Positions 38,127 to 50,335 of a DNA stretch of 64,000 bases are shown here, one piece after another; the stretch's first letter is position 1; each line of letters starts with the position of its first letter. The translations under genes were made by a program, and so were the position numbers. Source of the stretch: Felis catus (Eukaryota); the NCBI RefSeq assembly GCF_018350175.1, contig NC_058373.1, positions 113,462,001 to 113,526,000 on the forward strand. The letters run 5' to 3'. A model generated the notes under the pieces. It was not told where the DNA came from. It saw only the letters and a list, made by a program, of their open reading frames with translations, and searched no databases.

Positions 38127-38231
38127 AAGAAAATGTGGACATTGATACATGGAAAGGGGTCTACACAACCAGGTAAGGAGTTTCAACTCTGAGAAGAGGA
38201 GAAAGGGAACTACCACTCAGGAAAATAGTAC

Positions 38232-38336
38232 CTTTGCTTCTAGAATCATGTTCATGACAGTTGATGGGTCCTCAAGGCAACAGTTCCTCAGGGTCTGCCA
38301 GTCACACCATACCACGGTAGCTTGCAAACCTAGAAT
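38232..38336 (-). CDS. ZFYVE26: ZFYVE26 exon 23 (105 nt): ILGLQATVVWCDWQTLRNCCLEDPSTVMNMILEAK
   Basis: tag/gtacta boundaries, phase 0-0; read by hand. Confidence 0.91.
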
Positions 38337-39360
38337 CTAAGGGGAAATAGAAAGAACTCTCAAACCACACTGCAGCTTCCCCTTCCACAAACAAGTCACT
38401 GGAGTTTCCAGGGATGGGCCACCCCTAAGTTTGTGTCCCAAAGTCAGGCTGTCAAAACTTTCCAGGAGAGAGGAGAAATTAAAGCAAATGAGGCAAAGAC
38501 TGTTTGGAAAATGAGTGAATGTATCTGAGAAGCATACTCAGGGAGCAAAGGCTGGGCAGGGAGGTCAGGATTGGAGCCTTTCACTTAACAGGGCAATCAG
38601 AGGCTTCTGTGTTTCACAACTTGTGCAGCCTTCTGGGGTCATTTGTCCCATGCTCCTCCATCTCAAAACTCTACCCAAGATATTCTCCCAGCTTGAATGT
38701 TCCGTGGGATCGTCTTTCATGCAGCATTTAAGCTCTGCATGAGAAGTGCTGAGGAAGAGTGGAAAGAAAATCTCTTTCACCTGCCATTTTCACTTTCTCT
38801 GATGGGGCTCTGGACTCTGGTTGCAAGTACACATGGAAAAATCAGCATAGATTTTATACTTGCTATGTAGCCATATCACCTAAATCTGTCTCCTTGGGCC
38901 TCTTGATCTTGAATATAACACTCATCTGCAAATAATCGTTCATTTGGAAACTGTCACTTTCATGCAGCCTTTCAAAATGGCTGTTGAAATTTAGCTGAAA
39001 TTTAAAACAATCTTTAAAAAAGATATAATTGAGATTAAGCTCTATAAAAACGCTTGAACAACAACAAAGAAGACATAACAGACATAAAACATGCACAAAA
39101 CTCAAATACACATGTGAAAGAGGCTTTGTGGACTGTTATTATTATCCTTGTTTGATGCATTCATATTTAAAATTATAAAAGGAAATACATGGTCTCCTCA
39201 TTGTTTACCTAAAAACAGAAGCCAGATCTAAAAACAGATACAGAACAAAAGCCAGGCCCAGATCGTCTGTTTCTTAAAATCCACCATCACATGAAAATAG
39301 GATGGAGCTGGTAATATAGTGGGAAGCCTATTTCCTTCCTCTCGATGCTGGGACCCATAC

Positions 39361-39557
39361 CTTCTGATACACCCGCAGCTCTGCTAGCTTTCTCTGTAGC
39401 TCACACTTCAGTCCATCTTGGACAGTTGTGTCTGAGATGCAGTATGCCAGGATCTCCAGGCACCACTCCAGGGGCCACCTGTCCATAAACTGTAGGGTTA
39501 GCCGACTTCTCAGAGATGCGTCCTTCACAGGAAACAGGAACTGCCAACCGTCTTTGT
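39361..39557 (-). CDS. ZFYVE26: ZFYVE26 exon 22 (197 nt): KDGWQFLFPVKDASLRSRL...LRVYQK
   Basis: tag/gtatgg boundaries. Confidence 0.93.
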
Positions 39558-40351
39558 CTATAGGATGAAAAGATACCCAAAGATAGTAAGTCTGGCACTG
39601 GAAGAGCTCAAGAATCCAGTTTACTTCTTAAGAAAAGGGCTTTGCTCAATTTCATAAAACAGGAGCTTGGAGGATCCTTAAGACCCATCTGACCTTAATT
39701 AATGTTTATACTTGGAACCATTATGTAACAAGCAGAAATGCCATATACCCTTATGTTTCTCTTTATGCTGACTTAATCACAGTCATGAGATTTTCTGAAC
39801 AGAGAGAGAGAGAAGGAGAAAGGAAGAAAAAGGAAGAGAGGAAGGAGGAAGGAATAAAAGATAGAAGAGCAGACGTATTTTGAAATACAGAGACATCTCC
39901 ATATTTTGGCAGGCTGCACAGATAGCACCATTTCAGACTCGGCTTGTAGGTGGAACCTCTGGTTTTCCCTGCAATTTCCACTCTGTGAAATTCAAATATA
40001 TAACTGCTTGAAAGTTATTTCAGGTAAACTAGTTTCACTCCCTCCATACCCTCTATCATTATTACTTAGTAGATCTTTCCCACACCCATTTCACAGATCT
40101 GAAAACAATTAATCTCTAAGCAATTAAGACTGCACAGCCCATCAGGGGATTTCTCCACCTTCTCTAGGAAGGATTTTCTCCTTTCTGCAGGGCAGTCAAG
40201 CCCTGGATTGAGAAGCCATTCCCTACAGCATGCCTAACCCTTGCTCCCCCAGTGGAGTGTTCTAGGTCATTGCTCTCAAAGCCCTTAAAAGTTCCTTGGG
40301 AGCTTTTATACATGTACCACTGACTAAGCCAACCAGGCGCCCCCACATTCT

Positions 40352-40506
40352 GTTTTTATGAATAAAATTTTAGTAGAATGTACTTATGGTAATTTGTTTA
40401 CGTATCACGTATGGCTGCTTTCATGCTATAATGGCAGAGTCCAGTCGCTGCAACCAAGACTGTATGGCCTACAAAGCCCTTTACAGAAAAAGTTTGCTGA
40501 TCCCTG
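40352..40506. mobile_element. MER58-like MITE
   Basis: ggctgctttcatgctataatggcagag...cagaaaaagtttgctgatccctg. Confidence 0.65.
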
Positions 40507-40853
40507 TTTTAAAGTAAACATTTGTTTGAATCCCATCCTGGGCTTCTGGGGGTTGTGCTCAGATATATGTAATTTATAGAATTTTCCAGGGATTGTGATA
40601 TGCAGTGTTGAGAAAGTTGGTTATGAGTGCCCATTCTAAAGGCAGATGGAAAGGTAGATGCCCATTCTAAAGGTAAGCTCTGCTCCTATCCTAGGCAAGT
40701 TTTCTACCTTCTGAGCCTCAGTCTCCTCTTGGTATCATGAGATACAGTGGCACCTTTCTCTAGAGTTACTATGAAGATCCAATGCAATGATACGCTCACT
40801 GAATGCTCAATGTTATTACCACCAGGGAAGGGGAGGCATAGCTTTCTGCTCAC

Positions 40854-41599
40854 CACATGCCGCGGCACAGCTCAGGACCGCATCCTTTATGTTGCTCAAG
40901 TCATCCACATCTCGCCCGTACACTTCTGTGAGCTGAAGGGCTTGGGGCCAATCTCTGGCCACCAGGGCTTCCTTGAAGGCCTCAGTAAGCACGTCTAGAG
41001 CACTGGGAGAGTGCAGGCCCAGGAGGACGGTAGACAGACTGGCCCGACCACAGAGACTCACTGCCAGGCTCTGCCCCTGCTCAGTGGACCGTCGTAGGGG
41101 CTCCCAGGCAGCCACGAGGGAGGCCTTAAGCATAGGGAACTGTTCCAGGAGGCGTTCACACTCCTGGGCTACCTGCTCTGCGCTCAGAGGCACTTCCCTG
41201 CGGCCACGAAGCTCCTTCCATGACAAGCTGGGCTTGGTGAGCTTTGACCCCTGGGAAGCTCCTAGACAGGCCACCGTGGCCAGCAGCTTTGAGCGGGACT
41301 TAAGGAAGGCCAAGGCAGAAGAGGTAAGGGCTGGGAGTGATGAATCCCTTGGGGAGGAGCGGGGCTTTCTCTCCAATGTGGGATTCCCAGTTGGCTTCGG
41401 GGAGCTCAGTGTAGAAAGTGGGAGGTCATCCAGGCAGTGGGAGGTGTGCAGCTGGACCATGACGCCCAGCTGGGTCACAAGGGATGATGTCTGCTGACTT
41501 TGCTGGGAAGAGCAAAGGGCAAGATGCTCACAGCAGCAGTTAACAATGACCTTCGGCACACTCAGGTTGAGCCCCTCTCGGGCCAGAAGGACTGCCAGC
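40854..41599 (-). CDS. ZFYVE26: ZFYVE26 exon 21 (746 nt): LAVLLAREGLNLSVPKVIV...AVLSCAAAC
   Basis: cag/gtgagc boundaries; within ORF 40816..41652. Confidence 0.95.
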
Positions 41600-41789
41600 C
41601 TGGACGGAGAGAAGCAGAGGGCATGCAAGACCTGAGTGCACAAGTATATCACCCAAGTTCAGAATTTTTTTATGCTTATACAATCTAATGTAAATGCAGG
41701 CTCTTTGTTATTCTTACTCTCTCCCTCTCCCCCCTGCCTCCCCCCCTCCCCCCCGCCCCAGACCAAAGGTAGCCTATTAGAGCCACTGC

Positions 41790-42240
41790 TCTGCCCTTGC
41801 TTTTTCGTTTGATTACGTATCTGGGAGAACTGTCCATATCCCCCTACAGAGAGACCACCTCATTCCAATTTACAGCTATACAATATTCCATTATAGGTGG
41901 AACCATAATTTAACCAGTCTTTTATTAGTGGACAATGGATTTTTCTGATCTGTTGCTACTACATATAAGGCTGTAATAAAATGACTTTGGATAAACACCA
42001 TTTTTCACATGTCAGTAAAGCCACAGGATAAATTCCCCAATGTGATTGCTAGATCAAAGGATATATAAATTTGTTTTTTGTAATAAATATAGACAAATGT
42101 CTTCCCACAGGGGCTGTACCAATTTATATCCCACCAGCAATCCATAAGAATGCTTGTTTTCCTATGGTGTAGTCAACTCATGAGCTATCAAATTTTTGGA
42201 TTTTTGCCTATTCATGAATGAAGATTCACCCCTTAATTTT
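41790..42240 (-). mobile_element. Old L1M fragment
   Basis: gattgctagatcaaagg, tgtaccaatttatatcccaccagcaa motifs. Confidence 0.6.
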
Positions 42241-42455
42241 ATGCTTGCAACATAAATGTTGCGAGAGGTGGTGAGAGAGAAACAACTGAAATTGAACTTT
42301 AATGTAGCTGTGTAAGAGTAAGTGCAAATTAAGGGAAAAATCTGGAAGAAATCCCTATTCTCTGTACTGAATTCAAGCACCACCCCACTGAGCACTCCTT
42401 AATGAAACCATTAGGAAGGCCCATCCATGCTTAACTCCCACAGAGTAGTTCCTAC

Positions 42456-42558
42456 CTGTCTGGGGGAACTTGTCGCTCAAGCAGGAGGTGTGACACAAGT
42501 TGGGAAGAGCTCTGTTGCAGGAGAACAAATGGATTTCCTACCTTGACTTCCATGTGAT
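42456..42558 (-). CDS. ZFYVE26: ZFYVE26 exon 20 (103 nt): HMEVKVGNPFVLLQQSSSQLVSHLLLERQVPPD
   Basis: cag/gtagga boundaries. Confidence 0.92.
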
Positions 42559-43201
42559 CTGCAAAGAGAAACAAAGTGACCTTGGTTTTCACCAATGACT
42601 GCAATAGCTCAGAGCCCTGTTTCCCAGAATTAATAAAGAAGTGCAGTATCAAAATGAAGACTATACTGATATAGTCAGTAATACTTTCTGACTATAGTCG
42701 GAAAATACTTGATATTTTCTACGTAAAGGGTATTCTCAACATGACGCTGACCACAAGTTGACACCTTACCACTGCTCTAAAGACTTCCAACCACAGACAA
42801 ACTTTAGTGGGTAGGTTTGGCCCCAAACAGCTCATCCTGCTCTCTTAAATAGGACTGAAGTGCACGCAGTACTCTCTCTGTGGACTCAAGCAAGAACCTG
42901 GCCCTCAGATCATAGACATGATTCGTCTCTGGGTCCTCAAATCCACAATGGTCTGAGAGAGGTGTTTTTGCCATTAATGCAGTCAAAATTTATTCGGTAC
43001 TCCCATGTGCTGTACAGCTGTACCCAACAGTGAGCAAGCAGGGATGAATAAAACACAGGGATGAATAAGAGGGGACCCTATAAATCTAGCGTTCTTGGCT
43101 ACTACTGTACCCAGAACCTCTTAATTGAGCACCTTTCCTCTTTCCTACCTTAAACACTTGCAGGCCAGTCACAACTCCCTTTCCTCTTTCTTGCTACTTA
43201 C

Positions 43202-43420
43202 CGGGCTCAGAACTCAAACTCCGAAGGAGAACCGTGGCCATGGTGCTGCAGTAACTGAAGAAGGTGCCTAGGTAGTCAGTCTGTCTGCTGCCTGCTGGGG
43301 TCTGTCTGCCCAAATTCTTCTGGAGGAGCTGAGTCTGGATGTGCACAGGGTGGGCCTCTGCCTCTGGAGCTTTCTGGGCCGCCTGCTCCACCAGTGAGGA
43401 GAGTGGAGTACTCCTGGGCT
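43202..43420 (-). CDS. ZFYVE26: ZFYVE26 exon 19 (219 nt): PRSTPLSSLVEQAAQKAPE...SLSSEP
   Basis: cag/gtaagt boundaries. Confidence 0.92.
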
Positions 43421-43973
43421 CTGGGAGGAGTTATGGCAAGAGAAGGGATGGAGGCCTTAGTCTCTGCTTCCAGCTCTGGGTCAATGGGGCATCCTATAGC
43501 CCGGGTGCTATGCTTACAAGGCAGCTATAAAGTCCTAAATTGGTTGCCCTTACGAGTGATTCTCAGCCAGTAAGAGCTTTGAGTTTGCAGAAATCAGGGT
43601 GGATAGTCCTGTTTTCACCCCAGTGTCTCTGGGGTGGAATGGCTTGATGAAGAGCACAGCAATCCTTTAGGGAAGGTTGATAAATATTTACTGAGTACCT
43701 TCTGGGTGTATTTCTCATTAAGAATGAGAAAAATGTTTAAGTCAAAAAAAAAAGAATGTGAAAAATGTATCAGCTAAGGGAGCATTAAGCATCCCTTCAC
43801 TTGAGGGGCTGGGAAAACAGGTGGAATTAGCTGTGAGACATGCCCTCGCTAAGAAGGGGCTTCATGAGCCCAGTTCCGGAGTCCTAAGCCTCTGCCCCAA
43901 AGTGTTCCTTCACTCTCGGCTATCCCCTCTCCCCAGCTCAGCCCTCATCTGCTGCTGCGCAGTCGGGCCGTAC

Positions 43974-44138
43974 CTGGCAGCTGTAGAGCCTCTCTCAGCG
44001 CCTGGAGGACTTGTTCCAGCTGCTGGGACAGGGTGGTGTGGCCGGCGACACAGTCCTCGGTTAGGCTGGGCCAACACATCTGAAGCAGCTCAGCTATGCT
44101 GCACCGCGGAGGGCCCCCTCCTTTTTCTTCTACACTCT
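43974..44138 (-). CDS. ZFYVE26: ZFYVE26 exon 18 (165 nt): SVEEKGGGPPRCSIAELLQMCWPSL...LQLP
   Basis: cag/gtacgg boundaries; 107-nt intron to exon 17. Confidence 0.92.
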
Positions 44139-44245
44139 CTGTGGAAAGCAAATGAGAAAAAGTGAACGCTGATGCTGACCTAACGCTCCAAGTTTAGGAG
44201 AAAACAAAACAAACAAACAAAAAAAAAGGGAGAAAAGCAGCTCAC

Positions 44246-44365
44246 CCGATTTAGTTTGTCCAGCTGATATAAGTGGATAATTGAGAATCTTACTGATTTG
44301 CTGAAGAACAACAGGAAAACCTCGAATGCCATCAGCATTGAGGAGTACCTGGTCTAGTCGCCGAC
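44246..44365 (-). CDS. ZFYVE26: ZFYVE26 exon 17 (120 nt): RRLDQVLLNADGIRGFPVVLQQISK...QTKS
   Basis: cag/gtgagc boundaries. Confidence 0.92.
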
Positions 44366-45020
44366 CTGGAAATGGATTGAAGGAAGAGGGAATGCAGAAA
44401 AAATAAGGCACTTTCAGAGACTGATAACTCAGTCTTGTACTTACTTGTACAGTTTTGTCTTCCCCAACATTAAAGAGGAAATATATGCTGTGCCATTTTG
44501 GTGACAGCCAGCTTACCTGGTTTATTCAATGTCTGAGGTTCCAGGGCTACCTCCAGCCTGATGCCTCAGCTGCAAACAGCAGCGGGCACACGGTCTCTGG
44601 CACTCTATGAAACTGCTGTCCCAAGCCAAACACTTGTGTGGATTTGCCTTGGTACAGTCCTCAGCTGAGAACTTGAGCTGGGATCACATCTGTCTTCTCT
44701 CTTTGCCTAAAGGGGCATCTTGACACCCTGACTAGACTATAAACAACTTAATGGACAGAGATTATTCCTTGTATCTCTCGTACCCCCTACACTTTGGATA
44801 ATCTGGAAATAAGACTAGATACTATTGATTGACATGAAACCATTTCAGCTATTAACAGTTTGGATAATATCTCCTTTCATTTTTGGATGAGTACTAGAAA
44901 AAGGGGAGGGAAATTGTTCAATAAGAACAGCATTGCATATGCCACAGTATACTTTCTTAGAAGGTCTATGTGAACATTAAAGGACATTTTAACAACAGCT
45001 CAGAAAGGATTTGTAGAGGC

Positions 45021-45570
45021 ATGCAGAAAAGAGGTACCACAGCAGGCCTGGGGCTGCTATCCTTAGAGAGGCCTGCCTGCAAGTTTGCCACTGGCTGGCA
45101 TCTACAAACTTGACTAAATAATGGTTTCTGACACTGATATAGAGCTTGCCCTAGATGATAAGAGTGGCCAGCTGTGCCTACACTGTTTGTACAATGTGGT
45201 TTATGCTGAACACCTGTTTCCTTTTGAGAATCTAGAATTTTGGTACACGCGGGGCAGAGATGCACCCCCCCACACCAAACAAAACAAAACACAACAAAAC
45301 GCTGGGCATTGAGTCTCTGAGCTTCCTGGGATACACTTGTCACGGCTCACTGCTAGAGGAATTAAGCACATCCTGTGTAAGTCCACAGGGAGAAGACTCC
45401 TGGAAGCTATGCCTGGCTTCCTCCGGACTTTATCCCATGAGCCTTTTCCCTTTGCTGATTTTGCTGCGTATCTTTTTGCTGCAATAAATCTTAGCCAAGA
45501 GTATGACTACATGCTGAGTTTTTTAACTTCTCCTAATGAATCACTGAACCTAGGAGTGGCTCTTATACCA
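45021..45570 (+). mobile_element. MER21-like solo LTR
   Basis: gcaggcctggggctgctatccttagagaggcctgc...aataaatcttagccaagagtatgactacatgctgag...gaatcactgaacctagg; family assignment from memory. Confidence 0.7.
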
Positions 45571-45991
45571 TGACCTATTCACCTTTCATCTCTCCTTACT
45601 ACTGAGAGAGAGGTGCTTTGTCCAATGTTGGTGTATCATGGATGGGTGGAGAGTGGAACTTTGCCTAATTCTTCACATTCCTCTACGTTCATATACCAAA
45701 TTCCTCCAAGAATTCAATATACACGATCTGGGACATTATTAACCCAAGGTACAATCCTCCCTCTAACTGTGATCCATGAAATATTCCCTTTCACCTGGTT
45801 TACGAACTCAAGACTGTTCTAGGTTTTAGATTAAGTGGGGTTCATTCTTCAGGAGGCATGCAGTCTGAAGGCACAAATTCCACTTATATCATTTTTGAAT
45901 GTATATTTCTTCCTTGAATTATATATAAACCAGAAAAGAATTTCCCTAAATTACTGCAGACTGCCAAGTCTATTAAGAAGACAAAACTCTC

Positions 45992-46222
45992 GGGGCGCCT
46001 GGGTGGCGCAGTCGGTTAAGCGTCCGACTTCAGCCAGGTCACGATCTCGCGTTCCGGGAGTTCGAGCCCCGCGTCAGGCTCTGGACTGATGGCTCAGAGC
46101 CTGGAGCCTGTTTCCGATTCTGTGTCTCCCTCTCTCTCTGCCCCTCCCCCGTTCATGCTCTGTCTCTCTCTGTCCCAAAAATAAATAAACGTTGAAAAAA
46201 AAAAAAAAAAAAAGGGAAATGA
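45992..46222 (+). mobile_element. Young SINEC_Fc-type element
   Basis: 17-bp TSD aagaagacaaaactctc 45975-45991 / 46223-46239. Confidence 0.95.
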
Positions 46223-46408
46223 AAGAAGACAAAACTCTCAGACTATATTTAAGCCAACAAATTGGACATGAGGAAATTAACTAATAATCCTTTTTCCCTA
46301 TCTCTCCTACCCCAAAAAGCATTTTCTTCTAATCCAATTTATCAAGCGTCTCAGAAACCCATCCCCCCATTTGAGAATTAAGGAATACAGCTAAAGAAGC
46401 ACACTCAC

Positions 46409-46672
46409 CCCGGCTCTCGAGGCTAATGTTTAGACGTCGTTCAGCTGTTTCTAAGAGCTGCTTGCAGGTTTTCCAGAGCTGGCACTGAGAGCAAGCTAGG
46501 TCAAATGCAGCCATGGCAGGGGGACTGAGGTCTTCCAGAACCTCTCTCAGGGGAGCAGTGGGCTCCACCAGGGTGTTGCTTATCCAAAAGTCCTCCTGGA
46601 GGGTGGGGATGGGTTCTCCAGCGGTGCTGAGTAGCTTGTCAGTCACATCAGAGATGGAGTAAAATACCATTC
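46409..46672 (-). CDS. ZFYVE26: ZFYVE26 exon 16 (264 nt): MVFYSISDVTDKLL...LNISLESR
   Basis: cag/gtgagt boundaries; within ORF 46329..46670. Confidence 0.93.
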
Positions 46673-46768
46673 CTGGACACCCAGCAGTGGAGTAAAAAGC
46701 AAGAGGTTAAGATGATTCTTACTACCACTTGTATTTTGAAAAGTAGTTATTTAAAAAAAAATGTTTGA

Positions 46769-46973
46769 GGGGTGCATGGGTGGCTCAGTTGGTTAGGTGT
46801 CCAACTCTTGGTTTCAGTTCAGGTCGTGATCTCACAGTTCGTGAGTTCGAGCCCTGCACACTGGGCTCCACGCTGACAGCACGGAGCCTGCCTGGCATTC
46901 GCTCTCTCCCCCCTCTCTCTCTGCCCCTCCTCTGCGCTCTCAAAATAAATAAACTTAAAATTAAAAAAAAAAA
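46769..46973 (+). mobile_element. CAN-SINE
   Basis: TSD aaaaaaatgtttga on both sides. Confidence 0.9.
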
Positions 46974-47874
46974 TGTTTGAGATCCTTCTGCATGGCATTA
47001 TCTTTTATGCATATTAGTACCATCATTACAGCCTGGTCTTATGGCATGAAAACAATGTTACATAAAGGAAGACCCAGAGAAACTCAAAATGGTAGAGATG
47101 ATTGGGGGCTTCTTCCCAATGGGAGCTAAAGAAGGGAGCTGAGAAGTAACGAGGTGACTCTGTGTGTGCTAATCAGAAAAGATCTCTAAAACGCATTGCT
47201 TAAAAAAAAAAAAAACCAAAAGGTAGAAAACAGTACTTATTCTTAAAAGCCCATTTATATTAAAAACAAAAAGGATGTGCATACATTCTTTTGACTAGGT
47301 ACAGAGAATTTCTGGGAGAATGTAGAGCAGCAATGTGTGATGGTACTTGATATGTGGAACCTAGGTCAGGAAGAGGCATGGAAATGTGGGGCAGGGTTCT
47401 GCCCTCAAGAAATATCGAAAGGATGAGCTTCTGCACTGCTGCCAATGCTGGGCATTGAGGCCTGTGAAGCCCAGGCTGTTGGCATGATACACAGCTTCTT
47501 TGCTTTATGGAAAAGTAAAGTAACACGCTTTCTCTCTGAATAACTTCCTATCTGGAAGGAAACAAATTCCTAACCATTGCCCTGAGCCCAAGGTAGCGGC
47601 CATCAAAAACACATGGGGGAAATGGCGTTCACACTCTTCCATTTAAATCCCACAGGAAGAGCTTAACGGAGTAGCTGAAGGGGCAGGTATGTGACCACCC
47701 AGCTTAGGGAATTTGGGCACAGCTACAGACCGACTCTGTGTGTGTCAGGACTGCTATGGTTCAAGGCAAGTGTCCTGCTCTGGATTTCTGCTCACCTTTA
47801 TGAGGAGCCTGTGATTTGGTGGCTTTTCCCCTGGTAGCCCCCCTCCTCCAGTGCCCTCACCGCCCTTGTGGCAC

Positions 47875-48076
47875 CTGCTGCTGCTGCGCTGCCGATGGCT
47901 TGTAGAGTCGAGCGGCCGCTGCCTGTTCTCCGAATGGTGCTGCTCCCGCCATCTGAGTTCTGGTTTTCAATCTTGTGCTCTACCCGGGCCAGTTCCTGGA
48001 TCACCTCCTGGTAGCGCTCCACAAACATCAGTTCCCCTGAGCTGGGCGAGGACTTCAGGTTGAACATGAACACCAC
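47875..48076 (-). CDS. ZFYVE26: ZFYVE26 exon 15 (202 nt): VVFMFNLKSSPSSGELMFVERYQE...IGSAAAA
   Basis: cag acceptor; the frame requires the weak donor CAG|gtgcca to join GA ATG of exon 16. Confidence 0.88.
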
Positions 48077-48239
48077 CTGCCACAGGACAGCAAGCATGGG
48101 TTGTGCTGGTGCCGCAGAGTTGGGGACTCTAGAAATATAAGATCTTGCCCAATATCAGACTATGGCCCCAAGACATCTGCTTTGTAGGCTTGTGAGAGAA
48201 GCGAATATTAGAAGATTGGATCAAATATAGAAATAACTC

Positions 48240-48890
48240 ATAAATGTCAGCAAGAAAGCCACTAGAGCCCCAGTAGAAAATAGGCAAAAGATGTAGATAA
48301 TTTCAAAGAAAAAATACATATGACTCCTATATAGATGAAAAATATTTTCCCTTACCAGTAATCCAGGGAATTGAAGAAACATTAATACCGTGTTGCTTCT
48401 ATCACAATGACAAACTGTAAAAATAAACCCTCATGGAGTGGTGGTAGAATGAACTGTCACAATCTTTTTTGAAAAGCAATTTGACAATCTATAAAGTTTT
48501 AAAAATGTGTATAGTCTTTGACTTAGTAGTTTTCATCAGAAACTCTTAAGGAAATAATTCCAAAGACTTAATGTCTAAAGGTGATAATCTTGTCACTATT
48601 TATTACAACTATTCCATGGTTGAAAAGAATCTAATGTTGAGTAACAGGAGAATGGTCAAATGCAGCTACTTGATCAGACTACTGTGAGGTCACTATAATC
48701 AGTTATAAGGCAAACATAAAAAAGGCTCTATGTAAAGTTTTAGATTCACAATAATCTTGGCTATAGAAAAGTCATGCATAACTTGGAAAAATACTGGCAA
48801 AAAATACACTTTACCTTTAAAATTGGTAATTCTGGACAACAGGGTTAATACCTATTAATATTTTTTGGTAGTTTCTTACAATATTCATGA
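48240..48890 (+). mobile_element. Old L1M fragment
   Basis: Degenerate L1 3' motifs (gaaaataggcaaaag, ttttgaaaagcaatttgacaa). Confidence 0.5.
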
Positions 48891-49569
48891 CTTACTCTGT
48901 AACCAGCTTAAGAAAATAGAAATTTTATTTAAAAAAAAAAAAGAAAAGAAAAGAAGGTCAAGGCCCCAGGAAAGGAAGAGGAGGTGCGAACATTTAGGAG
49001 TAAAGCCTCTTGGAGGTGGGAAGGTGGGGTGTCCTGGCTGATTTCCTCTCTGGATTTGGGTGTAAGAAAGGTTGGCAATTCTCCCCCAGAGGGTCAGAAT
49101 TATCACTATCATTCAAGTATGGGATCTAAAATGATCAGAGGAAGTTAAACCAAGATTCTCCCACCACCTAGATTTCTCCTCAATTTATTCCTCAACAACT
49201 GAACTCATGTGAAAGAAGAATTCTGAACTATGTGTTAAGGGACCAGCCCAAGTGTGATAAATATACCAAGAGAGTTTTAAAAACCAGAATAGTAGATTGT
49301 TATGCTATTAAATTTAAGCAATTTTTTGTAGAGGATTCTTGCATTTCTCACAGCTTGTACATAATCCTCTTAACATTCCCGTGAGGTAGGACAAGCAGGT
49401 AGTACATTTCACTCCAATTTTCCAATGAGGATATCAAATTTCAGACAGGGTAAGAGTCTTTCTGACCTCTACCTGTACTTTTCCCTATATAACATGAACA
49501 TCCTAGTTTGGTACCCCCTCTACTTCTTGTATAGTGAATTGGCATTCTAGTTATTAAAAATTGTCTGTA

Positions 49570-49798
49570 GGGGCGCCTGGGTGGCTCAGTCGGTTGAGCA
49601 TCTGACTTCGGCTCAGGTCATGATCGTGCAGTCTGTGAGTTTGAGCCCCGCGTCAGGCTCTGTGCTGACAGCTTGGAGCCTGGAGCCTGGAGCCTGCTTC
49701 AAATTCTGTCTCTCCCTCTCTCTCTGCCCCTCCCCCACTCATGCTCTATCTCTCTCTCTCTGTGTCAAAAATAAAAACATTAAAAAAATTAAAAAAAA
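49570..49798 (+). mobile_element. CAN-SINE
   Basis: TSD aaaaattgtctgta on both sides. Confidence 0.92.
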
Positions 49799-50183
49799 TT
49801 GTCTGTAATATGATTTTTCACTATATAAAAATACGTATGTGTTCACTGAAGGTGTTCAAGGAAAGAAACAAAAAAAATGTTTTGAAGTGATGGAATTGTG
49901 GCTAAATATTTTCTTTTATCTTATTAAAACACTGTTTAAGACAAAACCCCAATGATTCAAGAGCTTAAATCTCCAGGATGAATCTTGAAATCCACAACGG
50001 TGAGGACTGGGTCTTGATACATGGATACCCCTGCAGGTGCTCCCAGAGGCTCTGGTTGCACACACATCTAGCTTTGCCTGAAGCCCCACGGGCCCCGGAC
50101 AGCTACAGGCTGCCTTAGTATTCTTTACTAGGATGAGGTATAGCCTGGGCAGTTAATACCTGCCACACGTGTACTCCCCTTAC

Positions 50184-50335
50184 CTGGTGGGCTTCTGCAA
50201 AGTTCCCCCGGAGGATGCAGGATGCCAGCAGTGACTCAGGTGGGGAGAACATCATGGGGATGACTGAACTTTGACACTGAGGCTGCAATCGGCCATCCAG
50301 CTCGTTCCTTCCAGACACAGTGTTCAGACTTCCTT
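50184..50335 (-). CDS. ZFYVE26: ZFYVE26 exon 14 (152 nt): GSLNTVSGRNE...GNFAEAHQ
   Basis: cag/gtaagg boundaries; within ORF 50115..50411. Confidence 0.92.

Noticed and set aside
40973..41497. 174-aa + strand ORF
   Set aside because: Antisense shadow of exon 21; no independent support.
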